From assembly GCA_965652295.1 (NCBI GenBank), contig CBFGTS010000002.1, positions 256,001 to 320,000 of the forward strand: 64,000 bases of DNA. Direction: 5' to 3'. Position 1 is the first letter of the stretch. Each line of letters starts with the position of its first letter. The position numbers were made by a program, and so were the translations under genes. Under the pieces are notes generated by a model. The model was not told the origin of the DNA, made no database searches, and saw only the letters and a program-made list of their open reading frames with translations. Positions 9,956 through 20,031 of this stretch are shown here, in pieces. Source of the stretch: an uncultured Haloferula sp. GTDB taxonomy: Bacteria; Verrucomicrobiota; Verrucomicrobiia; Verrucomicrobiales; Akkermansiaceae.

Positions 9956-12900
9956 ATGCCCGAATTCTCTTCCAGCCGCCTCGTTTCCAGCCTGGCCGCC
10001 CTTTTCATTCCCGGAGCGGTTCACGCCCAGCTGCCCGCCGGAAACTGGCAGTACGCCTGGGGCGATGATTTCTCGGGAAACGCGGTGGACACCGGCAAAT
10101 GGAACATCGCCTCTCCGTCATGGACCATGCCGAACAGTCTGGCGGTCGCCTCCGCCGACAAGGTGCGCGTGGCGGGCGGCGTGCTCACGCTCGATGCCAC
10201 ACGCACCGCCACCAGTGGCGGCACCCAGTTTTCGTCCGGCTCCGTTTCCACCTATCAGAAGAAGAATTTCAATGGCGGCTACATCGAAGCCCGCATCTTC
10301 CTGCCCGACACACCCGGATCGTGGCCTGCTTTCTGGGGCCTCTACGACGGCTGGCCGCCGGAGTGCGATATCATGGAGTACCCCATCGATACCGCCGCCG
10401 GCAGTGGCTACGCTCAGGATGAATACCACACCGCCTTCCACTACACGAACTCCAGCGGGAACGCCGCCGCCGGTGCGGGAAAAGTGAACCCCGGCAGCGC
10501 CGGCGACCTCGGTGGCAGCTACCACACCTTCGCGGTGAGGTGGATCGAGGACAGCTCGGTAACGTTCTACTTCGATGGCCAGCCGGTCAGCTCGTTCAAC
10601 AGCGCCGCGGATGTCGCCGAAATGGCGCACATGTATCTGATCCTCGACTACGCGGTCGGCGGGTGGCCGGGAACTCCGAACACCACCGAATGGCCGCTGG
10701 GATTCACTGATAAAACCCTCGTGGACTGGGTCCGCGTGTGGACCTCGGCCGCCTCCAAAACCAGCGACTGGACCAACCCCGGCACCGCCGAATATGCGAC
10801 CTGGGACACCACCGCCAACTGGACCAACGGCGTTCCGAACCTCGGCGGCGTGACCTCCCATTTCGGGACCGTCACTCCCGCCGTCCAGAACATCGACTGG
10901 AGCGGCAGCAGGATGCTCAGCGTCATCAACCTGAGCGGTGGTACCCGCTACCGCTTCGGCTGGCCGGACGACCGACTGGTCCTCGGCTTCGGCGACAACG
11001 GCGCGATCCAGCCCACCATTCATCTCGCCGCCTCCACCACCGCCGAGCAGGAAATCCACGGCGAACTGGAGTGGTCCGGCACGCTGAATCTCACGAACGA
11101 TTCGTCCCAACCGCTGCTCCTCACCGGCGCGGTTCGCGGCGGCGATGGCATTGCGATCAACGGTCCGGGCGTCGTCAGCTTCGACGGCGATGCAAACACC
11201 TACAGCGGAACCACCGTCATCGACTCCGGAGGTGCCGGTCCGGCCATCGCCCGGGCTCGCGGCCGGAATGCCCTGGGCTTGGGCGGGCTGGTTGTGATCG
11301 GCGAACAAGGCAACGCCACCACCGCCCGCCTCGAACTCGAGGACGATGCCCTCGTTTCCAACCCCGTCAGCCTCAACGGCCGCACCAACCCCAGCGCCGC
11401 GATCGTCAACAACAGTGGCGACAATGCGATCTCGGGAACCGTGAGCGTCCAGGTAGGCGGGTCGGATTACCGGATCCAATCCAACGCCGGAACCCTCCGC
11501 CTCGCCGGCAATGGTGAAGGTGCGGGAGGCGTCGCCTTGCGCTCCGCGGCGGGCGGCTCGCGCACCGTCACGCTTCAGGGAGCCGGCGATGGTGAGATCG
11601 GCGGAGTCATCGAAAACGGCAACGCCACCCTCACGCTGATGAAGGAAGGCTCGGGCCGCTGGACCCTCGAAAAAACCAACACCTACACCGGCACCACCAC
11701 CGTTTCCGAAGGCGTGCTGGTCGTCGATGGATCGACCGGCACGGGTGCGACCACGGCCGCCTCCACCGCCCGACTCGAAGGTCGCGGCACCATCCGCACC
11801 GGGCTCACCGCCCAGTCCGGATCGACCGTCCGGGCCGGCGGCATCGGTCCGGCGGAATGGTTGGAACCGATCGACGATTTCTCCACTTACCCGCTGGGCG
11901 ACATCGGTGCCACGCCCAACACCACCGGAGATGTGTGGACGGGCGTTTTCAATGGCACCGCCAACGCGGACATCACCAGTGTCGGCGGCGACCACGCCCT
12001 GGCCGTGAACGGAACCAATGCCAGCAGTGGCTGGCGTGGCGCGATCACCGACCTCCGCTACGCCCACGGAACGGATTTCAGTCTGCCGGATGGCCAGGCA
12101 GGCACCTATTTCCTCCGGTTCAGGAGTACGAACCCCTCCACCACCGACTTTATCTTCGGCCTCACCGATCAGGCCGCTTCGACGACGACCGCCCCTGGGA
12201 ACGACACCACCGATCCGTGGAACGAGTACGCCGTCATGCTCTCGATCGCCGGAGGCAACCTGCGTGCCTACAGCCAGGGCGCGGGCGATGTCGCGGTGAC
12301 CCCGATTGGAGCCGGCCAATGGCTCAACATCTGGATCATCGCCGACAACGCCGCGAAGACTTTCCGCGTCGCCACCTCCACCGGAACCTCGGATGGAGTG
12401 CTCCACGGGCAGACCTTCAACTTCGGTCGAAGGACCGCGGCGACGGTGGCCTCGAATCCGCTCATCACCTTCGGGCTCCACGAGCGGGCGAATGTTCCCG
12501 GGCAGATCGACGACCTCCATTTCGCCTCCGGCACCAACCTCGCGTTTCCCATCCAAACGACCCCACCGCTGGTTTCGGAAACACTGACCGTAGATGGCAA
12601 TTTCACCCTCGCCGCCGGTGCGGAGCTCGAATTCGAACTCCTCGACGAATCCCTCCACGGCCGGCTGGCAGTCGACGGCGCGTTCCTCGCCAACGGCGTC
12701 CTCCGGGTCGTTCTCGCCGACGGGGCTCCCGCCCCCTCCGAAGGCGACAGCTTTGACTTTTTCGACGCATCCGGCGGCACGGTCGATTTCTCCAGCTACG
12801 ACCTTCCCGCCTTGTCCGAGGGTCTCGTTTGGGACACCAGCGCCGTCGCCAACGGGGTGCTCTCGGTGACCTCCGACGCCACGGTTTACGCGGGCTGGCT

Positions 12901-13318
12901 TCTCGATCAGACGCTTCCTCCGGAGGCCAATGCCCCGGCCTTCGACGCGGACGGCGATGGCATCGCCAATGCCTTCGAATGGCTCTTCGGTTCGAATCCC
13001 CTCATACCCGATCCCGGGCCTCTCCCCACCGGGGCCACCCGCTCCCCAACCCCGGACGAGTTTCCAGGCGCGGAACCGGAAAAATCCTATCTCACGCTTG
13101 AGGCCACCATTCGCAAAAACATCACCGGCATGACCCTGCTCGGGCAGGCCTCGGCATCGCTCGACACACTCGATGAAGCCGGATCTTCGGACTCAGTCGT
13201 TTCCTTTCCGCGCGAGGACCTCGGCGATTTCGAGCGCCGGGAGTGGATCTACACCGTTCCCCTTGAGGATCAACCCAGGGGATTCATGCGATTGAAACTT
13301 ATCGACGAATCGCCCTAA
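9956..13318 (+). CDS. Secreted GH16 glycoside hydrolase with autotransporter-associated beta-strand repeats and C-terminal DxDGDG module
   Basis: Signal peptide (..AVHA/Q); GH16 WPAFW..ECDIMEY (ExDxxE), VDWVRVW; repeats NTYSGTTVI and KEGSGRWTL..NTYTGTTTVSEG; DADGDGIANAFE. Confidence 0.85.
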   Translation: MPEFSSSRLVSSLAALFIPGAVHAQLPAGNWQYAWGDDFSGNAVDTGKWNIASPSWTMPNSLAVASADKVRVAGGVLTLDATRTATSGGTQFSSGSVSTYQKKNFNGGYIEARIFLPDTPGSWPAFWGLYDGWPPECDIMEYPIDTAAGSGYAQDEYHTAFHYTNSSGNAAAGAGKVNPGSAGDLGGSYHTFAVRWIEDSSVTFYFDGQPVSSFNSAADVAEMAHMYLILDYAVGGWPGTPNTTEWPLGFTDKTLVDWVRVWTSAASKTSDWTNPGTAEYATWDTTANWTNGVPNLGGVTSHFGTVTPAVQNIDWSGSRMLSVINLSGGTRYRFGWPDDRLVLGFGDNGAIQPTIHLAASTTAEQEIHGELEWSGTLNLTNDSSQPLLLTGAVRGGDGIAINGPGVVSFDGDANTYSGTTVIDSGGAGPAIARARGRNALGLGGLVVIGEQGNATTARLELEDDALVSNPVSLNGRTNPSAAIVNNSGDNAISGTVSVQVGGSDYRIQSNAGTLRLAGNGEGAGGVALRSAAGGSRTVTLQGAGDGEIGGVIENGNATLTLMKEGSGRWTLEKTNTYTGTTTVSEGVLVVDGSTGTGATTAASTARLEGRGTIRTGLTAQSGSTVRAGGIGPAEWLEPIDDFSTYPLGDIGATPNTTGDVWTGVFNGTANADITSVGGDHALAVNGTNASSGWRGAITDLRYAHGTDFSLPDGQAGTYFLRFRSTNPSTTDFIFGLTDQAASTTTAPGNDTTDPWNEYAVMLSIAGGNLRAYSQGAGDVAVTPIGAGQWLNIWIIADNAAKTFRVATSTGTSDGVLHGQTFNFGRRTAATVASNPLITFGLHERANVPGQIDDLHFASGTNLAFPIQTTPPLVSETLTVDGNFTLAAGAELEFELLDESLHGRLAVDGAFLANGVLRVVLADGAPAPSEGDSFDFFDASGGTVDFSSYDLPALSEGLVWDTSAVANGVLSVTSDATVYAGWLLDQTLPPEANAPAFDADGDGIANAFEWLFGSNPLIPDPGPLPTGATRSPTPDEFPGAEPEKSYLTLEATIRKNITGMTLLGQASASLDTLDEAGSSDSVVSFPREDLGDFERREWIYTVPLEDQPRGFMRLKLIDESP

Positions 13319-13347
13319 CTCGGCTTCCCGCGACGGCGGAATTTCTC

Positions 13348-14883
13348 ATGTTGCTCCGACTTCTTCTTCTCCTTGCGATGAGCGCGTCGCTTGATGCCCG
13401 GCAGTGGGTTTTCAAAGGCGTCGATGAACCCGTGGAAGCGGATTTCGTCACGGAAAACAACGGCTTTGTCGTCCTCACCGGCAGCAATGGCAAGAGCTTC
13501 GAACTGCCCCTGAAGAACTTCACCCCCGCCAACCAATCCTTCATCGAGGTAATGGCGGCGAAGCAGGCGTTCAAACCCTTCGCCTCGCCCGGGAAGGCGG
13601 TCGACCGCCGCAACCGCTACACCATCCGCGAGGACGAACGGATCACCGACACCTTTCTGGAAATCGGCCCCGCCAGCGAGGTCCACCTCACCGGCGACGG
13701 CGACCTCCTGCTCGGCAGCTCCGTTCATTTCACCGCGCCCGACGGGTGGCTGTTCTTCGAAAATGTCCCGCCCTCACAGGTCATCGAGCGCTTCCTCGAT
13801 CGCATGCTGGTCCATGGTTCGCCTGCCGTGAACGACAAGAACGTCCGCGTCGAGCAATACGCCTCCGGGGCCGTCGTCATCCCCCACCATCCGGGATTTC
13901 CCGCCCTCAGCCTGTTTCCCTCGCCCGGCCTCTCCGGCGAACCCGCGACCTACCACACGTACGAGAAATACAGTAGCGACGACATCCGACCCGCCGGCTC
14001 CTTCATCCTCAAACGCGGCTACACCGCCACCCTCGCGGAAAACGAAGACGGCACCGGCTTCAGCCGGAACTGGGTCGCGCAGGATCACGATGTCGTGATC
14101 GAAAAACTTCCGCCGGAACTGAACGGACGCCCGAAGTTCATCCGGATCTTTCCCTGGAACTGGTGCAGCAAGAAGGGCATCGCAGGCGGCATCCATCAGG
14201 ACCTTGCCTGCGGTTGGTTCTACGATTGGAACATCGGAGCCCGCTCGTCCGCCGATCTCGAGTACGTCGCCATCCGCCAGAACCGTCACTGGCCGGGCAT
14301 GGACCAGGATTGGCGCTACAAGGGCATCAACCACGTCCTCGGCTTCAACGAGCCGGACAAAAAGGACCAGGCGAACATGTCCGTGGATGACGCCATCGCC
14401 GCGTGGCCGATCGTCCTCCGGACCGGCATGCGCGTCGGCTCCCCCGCCGTGTCCGACGGCGGCCTCGGCTGGCTTTACGACTTCATGAACAAGGCCGACC
14501 GGGCCGGGCTCCGCGTCGACTTCGTGGCCGTCCACTACTACCGCGCCGTGCCCGATCCGGGCGATGGCCGCGCGGCGGCGGCCGCCCTCAAGGGCTTTCT
14601 CGACGACATTCACCAGCGCACGAAGCGACCCATCTGGCTGACCGAGTGGAACAACGGAGCCAACTGGACTCCCCACCGCGACCCCACGGAAAAGGAGCAG
14701 GCCCGCGCGATCGGAGCCATGATCGAGATGCTCGATGAAACGCCCTACGTTGAACGTTACGCGCTCTACAACTGGGTGGAGGACGGCCGCATGGTGAAGC
14801 GCAAGGATGGTAGCCTGACCCCCGCCGGCGAAGTCTATCGGGACCAACGCAGCCCCCTTTTCTTCACCCAGCCGAAATACTGA
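13348..14883 (+). CDS. Secreted glycoside hydrolase, GH128-like catalytic domain, with N-terminal SHD1-like domain
   Basis: Signal peptide; [37 protein letters not shown]. Confidence 0.75.
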   Translation: MLLRLLLLLAMSASLDARQWVFKGVDEPVEADFVTENNGFVVLTGSNGKSFELPLKNFTPANQSFIEVMAAKQAFKPFASPGKAVDRRNRYTIREDERITDTFLEIGPASEVHLTGDGDLLLGSSVHFTAPDGWLFFENVPPSQVIERFLDRMLVHGSPAVNDKNVRVEQYASGAVVIPHHPGFPALSLFPSPGLSGEPATYHTYEKYSSDDIRPAGSFILKRGYTATLAENEDGTGFSRNWVAQDHDVVIEKLPPELNGRPKFIRIFPWNWCSKKGIAGGIHQDLACGWFYDWNIGARSSADLEYVAIRQNRHWPGMDQDWRYKGINHVLGFNEPDKKDQANMSVDDAIAAWPIVLRTGMRVGSPAVSDGGLGWLYDFMNKADRAGLRVDFVAVHYYRAVPDPGDGRAAAAALKGFLDDIHQRTKRPIWLTEWNNGANWTPHRDPTEKEQARAIGAMIEMLDETPYVERYALYNWVEDGRMVKRKDGSLTPAGEVYRDQRSPLFFTQPKY

Positions 14884-14885
14884 TC

Positions 14886-15200
14886 ATGATCCGCAAGGCC
14901 TTCGTCATGTCCGTCCGCCCCGGTGCTGAAACCGAATACGAGCGCCGTCACCGCCCGATCTGGCCGGAGCTGGAGGACGTCCTCAAAGCACACGGAGCCT
15001 CGAACTACTCGATCTTCCTCCATCCCGGCACCCACCAGCTTTTCGGCTACGTGGAAATTGAGGACGAGGAACGCTGGAACGCGATCGCCTCAACGGAAGT
15101 CTGCCAGCGTTGGTGGAAACACATGGCCGACCTGATGCCGTCGAATCCGGATCACAGCCCCGTCAGCGAAGCCCTGCGCGAGGTCTTCCACCTCGATTGA
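14886..15200 (+). CDS. rhaM: L-rhamnose mutarotase
   Basis: RKAFVM, EYERRH.PIWPEL, NYSIFL, LFGYVE, CQRWW..MADLM, EVFHL. Confidence 0.92.
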   Translation: MIRKAFVMSVRPGAETEYERRHRPIWPELEDVLKAHGASNYSIFLHPGTHQLFGYVEIEDEERWNAIASTEVCQRWWKHMADLMPSNPDHSPVSEALREVFHLD

Positions 15201-15209
15201 ACGCCGCGG

Positions 15210-15593
15210 TCAGCTCTTGAACGCCATCGCCTTCGCCACGGCGTAGTCGCGGGCGTGGCTGATGCTGATCTTGATCTCGGAGATACCCGCCGCTTCTGCA
15301 AATGCCGCGCCCTGTCCGGTGAGACGGATCTCCGGGGCACCGCCCACCCTGCGGAACACCTCGACGTCCAGCCAACCGAGTTCCGCCCCGATGCCGGTGC
15401 CGAAGGCCTTGGACACCGCCTCCTTCGCCGCGAAACGCGCCGCGATGTGCGTCGCCGGCTTCTTCTGCGCCAGACAATACGCCCGCTCGCCCTCGGTCAG
15501 GATCTTGTGCAGGAACCGCTCGCCGTGCCGCTCGAGAGTCTCCTCAATACGGTGGATTTCGATGATGTCGATTCCGATCCCGAACACGTGCAT
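15210..15593 (-). CDS. acpS: Holo-[acyl-carrier-protein] synthase
   Basis: GIGIDIIE, AARFAAKEAVSKAFGTG, ISISH. Confidence 0.93.
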   Translation of the reverse strand: MHVFGIGIDIIEIHRIEETLERHGERFLHKILTEGERAYCLAQKKPATHIAARFAAKEAVSKAFGTGIGAELGWLDVEVFRRVGGAPEIRLTGQGAAFAEAAGISEIKISISHARDYAVAKAMAFKS

Positions 15594-15596
15594 GAG

Positions 15597-16337
15597 TTAT
15601 TCCGGGTAGTAGGACATCGCCTCCTTCATCTCGCGCACCGCTGTCTCCATCCCCACCCGCATGGCCCGGGAAACAATCGAATGGCCGATGTTCAGTTCCG
15701 CCAGGTGCGGCACGGTGAAAAGTCTACTAAGGTTCACGTAGTTGATTCCATGCCCGGCGTTGACCTGGAGGTCCATCCCCTTGCCCATGCGCGCGGCAAC
15801 GATCAGCCGTTCGACCTCGCCCATCACCGCATCGCCTTCCGCATTCGCGAAGCACCCGGTGTGCAGCTCGATCATCTGACCGCCGCATTCCGCGGAAGCT
15901 TCGACCTGATGGCCATCGGGATCGATGAAAAGCGAGACCTTGATGCCCGCCTCGCGCAAGCTGCCGACGCAGCGCTTCACTTCCTCCATCCGCCCGGCCA
16001 CGTCCAGACCTCCCTCCGTGGTTACCTCCTCCCGGGTCTCGGGAACCAGGCACACATAATCGGGTTTCAACTCCTGCGCGAGCTTCAGCATTTCCGCCGT
16101 CACGCCCATCTCCAGATTGAGCGGCAGCGGGCACTCCCGCCGGATTTCGAAGGCGTCGCGCTCCTGCATGTGGCGGCGATCGGCGCGAACGTGAATGGTG
16201 ATCGAGTCCGCCCCGCCCGCCATCGCGTCCATCGAGGCCTCGAGAGGCGATGGTTCCGCATTCGGCGAATCCGGCAGCAAGGCATACCTCGCCTGCCGCA
16301 GCGTCGCCACATGATCCACGTTTACTCCCAGCAGCAT
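15597..16337 (-). CDS. pdxJ: Pyridoxine 5'-phosphate synthase
   Basis: LGVNVDHVATLRQAR, LNLEM, LVPE.REEVTTEGGLD, SLFID, IELHTG, NAGHG, ELNIGHS. Confidence 0.95.
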   Translation of the reverse strand: MLLGVNVDHVATLRQARYALLPDSPNAEPSPLEASMDAMAGGADSITIHVRADRRHMQERDAFEIRRECPLPLNLEMGVTAEMLKLAQELKPDYVCLVPETREEVTTEGGLDVAGRMEEVKRCVGSLREAGIKVSLFIDPDGHQVEASAECGGQMIELHTGCFANAEGDAVMGEVERLIVAARMGKGMDLQVNAGHGINYVNLSRLFTVPHLAELNIGHSIVSRAMRVGMETAVREMKEAMSYYPE

Positions 16338-16351
16338 GACCGCGAGTCTCG

Positions 16352-16381
16352 CTGAAAACTTGAAACTGAAAACATGAAACT
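16352..16381 (+). repeat. Intergenic heptamer tandem repeat (4 x C-T/A-T/G-G/A-AAA)
   Basis: ctgaaaa cttgaaa ctgaaaa catgaaa between purH and pdxJ. Confidence 0.6.
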
Positions 16382-16386
16382 CGTCT

Positions 16387-17928
16387 TCAGTGCCTGAAAT
16401 GGCGGTGGCCGGTGAAGATCATCGCCATGCCCGCGGCATCCGCGGCGGCGATCACCTCCTCGTCGCGGATCGATCCGCCAGGCTGGATACAGGCCGTGGC
16501 GCCGGCCTCGATCGCCGTCTGCAAGCCATCGGCGAACGGAAACATCGCGTCCGAGGCAATCACCGAGCCCTTGAGGCTGAGGCCCGCTTCGGCGGCTTTC
16601 CACACGGCGATCCGCGAACTGTCCACGCGGCTCATCTGGCCCGCCCCGATCCCCAGCGTCCGGTCGGCGTTGGCATAGACGATGGCGTTCGATTTCACAT
16701 GCTTCACCACCCGCCAGGCGAAACGCATCGCACGCATCTCCTCCTGGGTCGGCGGACGCTTGGTCACGACCTTCGATTCGAGGTCGTCGAGGCCGAGCGT
16801 GGCGTGGTCGCGATCCATCACCATGAATCCGCCGGGTGAGGAGCGAAGCAGCGGCTCCTTCTTGGCAGCAAGGTAGGCCTCGTTCATTTTCATCAGGCGC
16901 AGATTCTTCTTTTTCTGAAGCAGCGCGCGGGCTTCCGGCTCGTAGTCCGGGGCGATGATCACGTCGGTGAAAATCTCGGAAATGATGCGGGCCACGCCTT
17001 CGGTCAGCGGGCGGTTGCAGACGATCACGCCGCCGAACGGAGCCTGGCGGTCGGTCTCGAACGCCTTTTTCCAAGCTTCGCGCAGGTCATCGTCGTCCTG
17101 ACCCACGCCGCAGGGGTTGGTGTGTTTGAGGATGCCGATGGTGGGGCGCACGAAATCGAGGATCAGGTCGGCCGCGGCCTCGATGTCGAGGATGTTGGTG
17201 TAGCTGAGTTCCTTGCCTTGAAGCTGGGAGAAGCAGCCGGTGAAGTCGCCGTAGAGCGCCGCCTTCTGGTGCGGATTGTCGCCGTAGCGCAGTTCGCGAT
17301 CGAGAGGCAGATCGAGCGTGTAACGACAGCGGGTCCCCTGCTCGCAGCGGCCGAGGTAGTTGGAGATCGCGCGGTCATAGCTGGCGGTACGGTTGAAAAC
17401 CTTCACCGCAAGCTGCTCGCGCAGACCCAGGGTTGTGTCGCCGCCGTGGTCCTTCATTTCCTCGATCACCCGTGGGTAGTCCGCGGGATCGGTCACGACC
17501 GTCACGCTGCCGTAATTCTTCGCCGCGCTGCGCAGCATCGAAGGGCCGCCGATGTCGATGTTTTCGATCGCCTCGGCGAGCGTGACGTCCTCCTTCGCGA
17601 TCGTCTGCTCGAACGGGTAGAGATTGACCACCACGAGGTCGATCGGCTGCACGTCGTGGGCCTTTGCCTGCTTGAGGTGCTCCTTGTCATCGCGCTTGAA
17701 GAGCAATCCGCCGTGGACCTTCGGATGGAGGGTTTTGACGCGGCCTTCGAAAAGTTCCGGAGCGCCGGTGAAATCCGAGACGTCGATCACCGGCAGGCCG
17801 GCATCGCGAAGAGCCTTCGAGGTGCCGCCGGTGGAGAGGAGTTCGACCCCCATCTCGTGGAGTTCCTTGGCGAATTCGGCCAGGCCGGACTTGTCTGAAA
17901 CGGAAAGCAGGGCGCGCTGAATGGGCAT
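16387..17928 (-). CDS. purH: Bifunctional AICAR transformylase/IMP cyclohydrolase
   Basis: RALLSVSDK, STGGT, GRVKTLHP, IDIGGPSMLRSAAKN, LRYGDNPHQ, KHTNPCG, KSNAI, GAGQMSRVD, QPGGSIRD. Confidence 0.96.
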   Translation of the reverse strand: MPIQRALLSVSDKSGLAEFAKELHEMGVELLSTGGTSKALRDAGLPVIDVSDFTGAPELFEGRVKTLHPKVHGGLLFKRDDKEHLKQAKAHDVQPIDLVVVNLYPFEQTIAKEDVTLAEAIENIDIGGPSMLRSAAKNYGSVTVVTDPADYPRVIEEMKDHGGDTTLGLREQLAVKVFNRTASYDRAISNYLGRCEQGTRCRYTLDLPLDRELRYGDNPHQKAALYGDFTGCFSQLQGKELSYTNILDIEAAADLILDFVRPTIGILKHTNPCGVGQDDDDLREAWKKAFETDRQAPFGGVIVCNRPLTEGVARIISEIFTDVIIAPDYEPEARALLQKKKNLRLMKMNEAYLAAKKEPLLRSSPGGFMVMDRDHATLGLDDLESKVVTKRPPTQEEMRAMRFAWRVVKHVKSNAIVYANADRTLGIGAGQMSRVDSSRIAVWKAAEAGLSLKGSVIASDAMFPFADGLQTAIEAGATACIQPGGSIRDEEVIAAADAAGMAMIFTGHRHFRH

Positions 17929-18086
17929 CGTGAATAGGGGTGGTTGAGGGAAGGCAGGACCTTCCGCCGCCCGCCGTACTCCTCCCCATCCGGGGCGGCA
18001 AGTACCAATGGCGACCGCATCGACCGCACTCTTCGCGCCGGCGGTTGGAATCCGCTCCGGAACATGCCAGGTTCCCGACCCACTCC

Positions 18087-18506
18087 ATGGAACCCAACGG
18101 CTTTACCATTTTCGAAACCCGGCTTCAGGTCCGGCCGGATGACATCGACATGAACGCCCACGTTCACAACAGCCGCTACCTCGACTACGTCCTCGCCGCC
18201 AGGTTCGATCAAATGGAGCGCTGCTACGGCATGGCCATGGAGCGGTTCCTCGAACGCGGCCTCAGCTGGTTTGTCCGCACCGCTCACATCGAGCACAAGC
18301 GGCCGCTGTTTCTCGGCCAGTGGATGCTCGTCCGCACCCGTATCGGCGAAGTTTCCCGCCGCGGCGTGCGGGTGGATTTCCAGATCCTCCGCGAGGCCGA
18401 TGGCCGCGAAAGTGCGGATGGCTGGTTTCACTACCAGCTCGTCAGCCGCGAAAGCGGCCGGCCGGTCACGATCCCCGAAGACATCGTGGAGAAGTATTCG
18501 GTTTAG
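18087..18506 (+). CDS. Acyl-CoA thioesterase (4HBT/YbgC hot-dog family)
   Basis: VRPDDIDMNAHVHNSRYLDY; start placed at MEPNG. Confidence 0.85.
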   Translation: MEPNGFTIFETRLQVRPDDIDMNAHVHNSRYLDYVLAARFDQMERCYGMAMERFLERGLSWFVRTAHIEHKRPLFLGQWMLVRTRIGEVSRRGVRVDFQILREADGRESADGWFHYQLVSRESGRPVTIPEDIVEKYSV

Positions 18507-18512
18507 CCGGAC

Positions 18513-19367
18513 CTAACCCTGCACCACGCGCTGGCGGAGTTCGCCGAGACCTTCAATCCCGCATTCCACGAAATCCCCGGGTTCGAGGAACGATGGAGGG
18601 TTCATGCCCATCCCCACGCCGGAGGGGGTGCCGGTGGCGATCACATCGCCGGGCAGCAGGCTCATGAACCGGCTGACGTAGTGGATCAGATGCGCCACAC
18701 CGAACATCATGTCGCCAGTCCAGCCGTTCTGCCTCATCTCGCCATTCACCGAGCACCACAGCCGCAGACCCTGCGGATCCGGCACGGCGCCCGCCGGGGT
18801 GAGCCAGGGCCCGATGGGTGCGAAGCTGTCGCAGCTCTTTCCCTTCACCCACTGCCCCCCCATCTCCTTCTGGAACGCCCGCTCGGAGTAGTCGCAGAAA
18901 ACCGAGTAGCCCGCCACGTGCTCCAGCGCCTCCGCCTTCGAAACGCAGCCGGAAACCGTCTTCCCGATCACCACCGCGAGCTCGACCTCGTAGTCGAGCT
19001 TGGTCGAGCCCGGCGGTCGCACGACGTCGTCGGTCGGCCCGCTCCAGGCCGTCGTCGCCTTCATGAAAAGCACCGGCTCGGCCGGGATCCCCTCCCCGAA
19101 TTCCTTGGCGTGCTCCAGATAGTTTTTCCCGATGCAGACGATTTTCGACGGCCGCTCGAGCGGTGGACCCAGCCGCGACCCCGGCGGGATGGGCACGCAG
19201 TCGCGGCATCCGTCCGACACCCACGCTTCCAGCGCCTCCATGCCGCCGAAAGCGAAGAACGATTCGTCGTAGTCAAGAAATTGGCCACTCGCATCGATCC
19301 ACCGGCCGTCATCCAGAATCACCCCCGGCTCCTCGCGCCCCGCCTCGCCAAACCGAATCAGTTTCAC
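18513..19367 (-). CDS. Fumarylacetoacetate hydrolase family protein
   Basis: [48 protein letters not shown]. Confidence 0.9.
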   Translation of the reverse strand: MKLIRFGEAGREEPGVILDDGRWIDASGQFLDYDESFFAFGGMEALEAWVSDGCRDCVPIPPGSRLGPPLERPSKIVCIGKNYLEHAKEFGEGIPAEPVLFMKATTAWSGPTDDVVRPPGSTKLDYEVELAVVIGKTVSGCVSKAEALEHVAGYSVFCDYSERAFQKEMGGQWVKGKSCDSFAPIGPWLTPAGAVPDPQGLRLWCSVNGEMRQNGWTGDMMFGVAHLIHYVSRFMSLLPGDVIATGTPSGVGMGMNPPSFLEPGDFVECGIEGLGELRQRVVQG

Positions 19368-19440
19368 CCTGTTCCGCTACCACGGATCAGCGTCGCGGTC
19401 GATGCGATCTTCACCCGAATGGGCGGGCGCGGAGAAAAAA

Positions 19441-19517
19441 TGGTCGGGGCGGCCAGATTCGAACTGACGACATCCTGCTCCCAAAGCAGGCACTCTACCA
19501 GGCTGAGTTACGCCCCG
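19441..19517 (-). tRNA. tRNA-Pro(TGG)
   Basis: Reverse complement cggggcgtaactcagcctggtagagtgcctgcttTGGgagcaggatgtcgtcagttcgaatctggccgccccgaCCA. Confidence 0.95.
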
Positions 19518-19684
19518 GAACCGGGCGGGAAAAGGACAGATCCCTTCCCCCTTGGCAAGCGGTAAAGCCGGAACGACCGACTTTTCCCAAGATTCTGCTT
19601 GGCAAGCGAATGCGCTCCGTACAATTTCCGCGCCCGCCCGCTTGCTGTGGGACCCGATTTTTCCCTACACACATTCTATTTATC

Positions 19685-19936
19685 ATGGCCGTCGCTCTCC
19701 GCCTCAACCGCCAAGGAACCAAGGACCGTCCGTACTACAAGATCGTCGCTGTCGATAGCCGCAAGCGCCGTGACGGACGTTTCATCGAGCAACTCGGCAC
19801 CTACGACCCGATGAAAGAAGGCGAGAACTTCACCATCGACATCGAGAAGGCCGACAAGTGGATCGGCAACGGCGCCAAGCCCTCCGAAACCGTGGCCAGC
19901 ATTATCCGCAAGGCCCGCACCGCCGCCAAGGCCTGA
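19685..19936 (+). CDS. rpsP: 30S ribosomal protein S16
   Basis: [42 protein letters not shown]...GAKPSETV. Confidence 0.96.
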   Translation: MAVALRLNRQGTKDRPYYKIVAVDSRKRRDGRFIEQLGTYDPMKEGENFTIDIEKADKWIGNGAKPSETVASIIRKARTAAKA

Positions 19937-19966
19937 TCCCCTCCGGGGAAATCGGAAATCCATCCG

Positions 19967-19999
19967 CGACCGCGCGCCCTTCCGGGTCCGCGGTCGTTT
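19967..19999 (+). terminator. Possible terminator/attenuating hairpin between rpsP and prfA
   Basis: cgaccgcg...cgcggtcg stem followed by ttt. Confidence 0.4.
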
Positions 20000-20031
20000 C
20001 ATGTCCGGAACTCATCCTCCCTGCCACCTCC

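Noticed and set aside
10118..12658. 846-aa ORF antisense to the GH16 gene (similarly 8431-9768, 36965-38680, 48599-50206, 50173-51651, 62214-63956)
   Set aside because: Shadow ORFs expected in high-GC DNA; they fully overlap genes with clear family motifs and have no motifs of their own.
17929..18086. Possible ZMP/ZTP (pfl) riboswitch upstream of purH
   Set aside because: I could not find the conserved GACUGGCG...CGCCUGGG elements; the region is a short divergent intergenic stretch.
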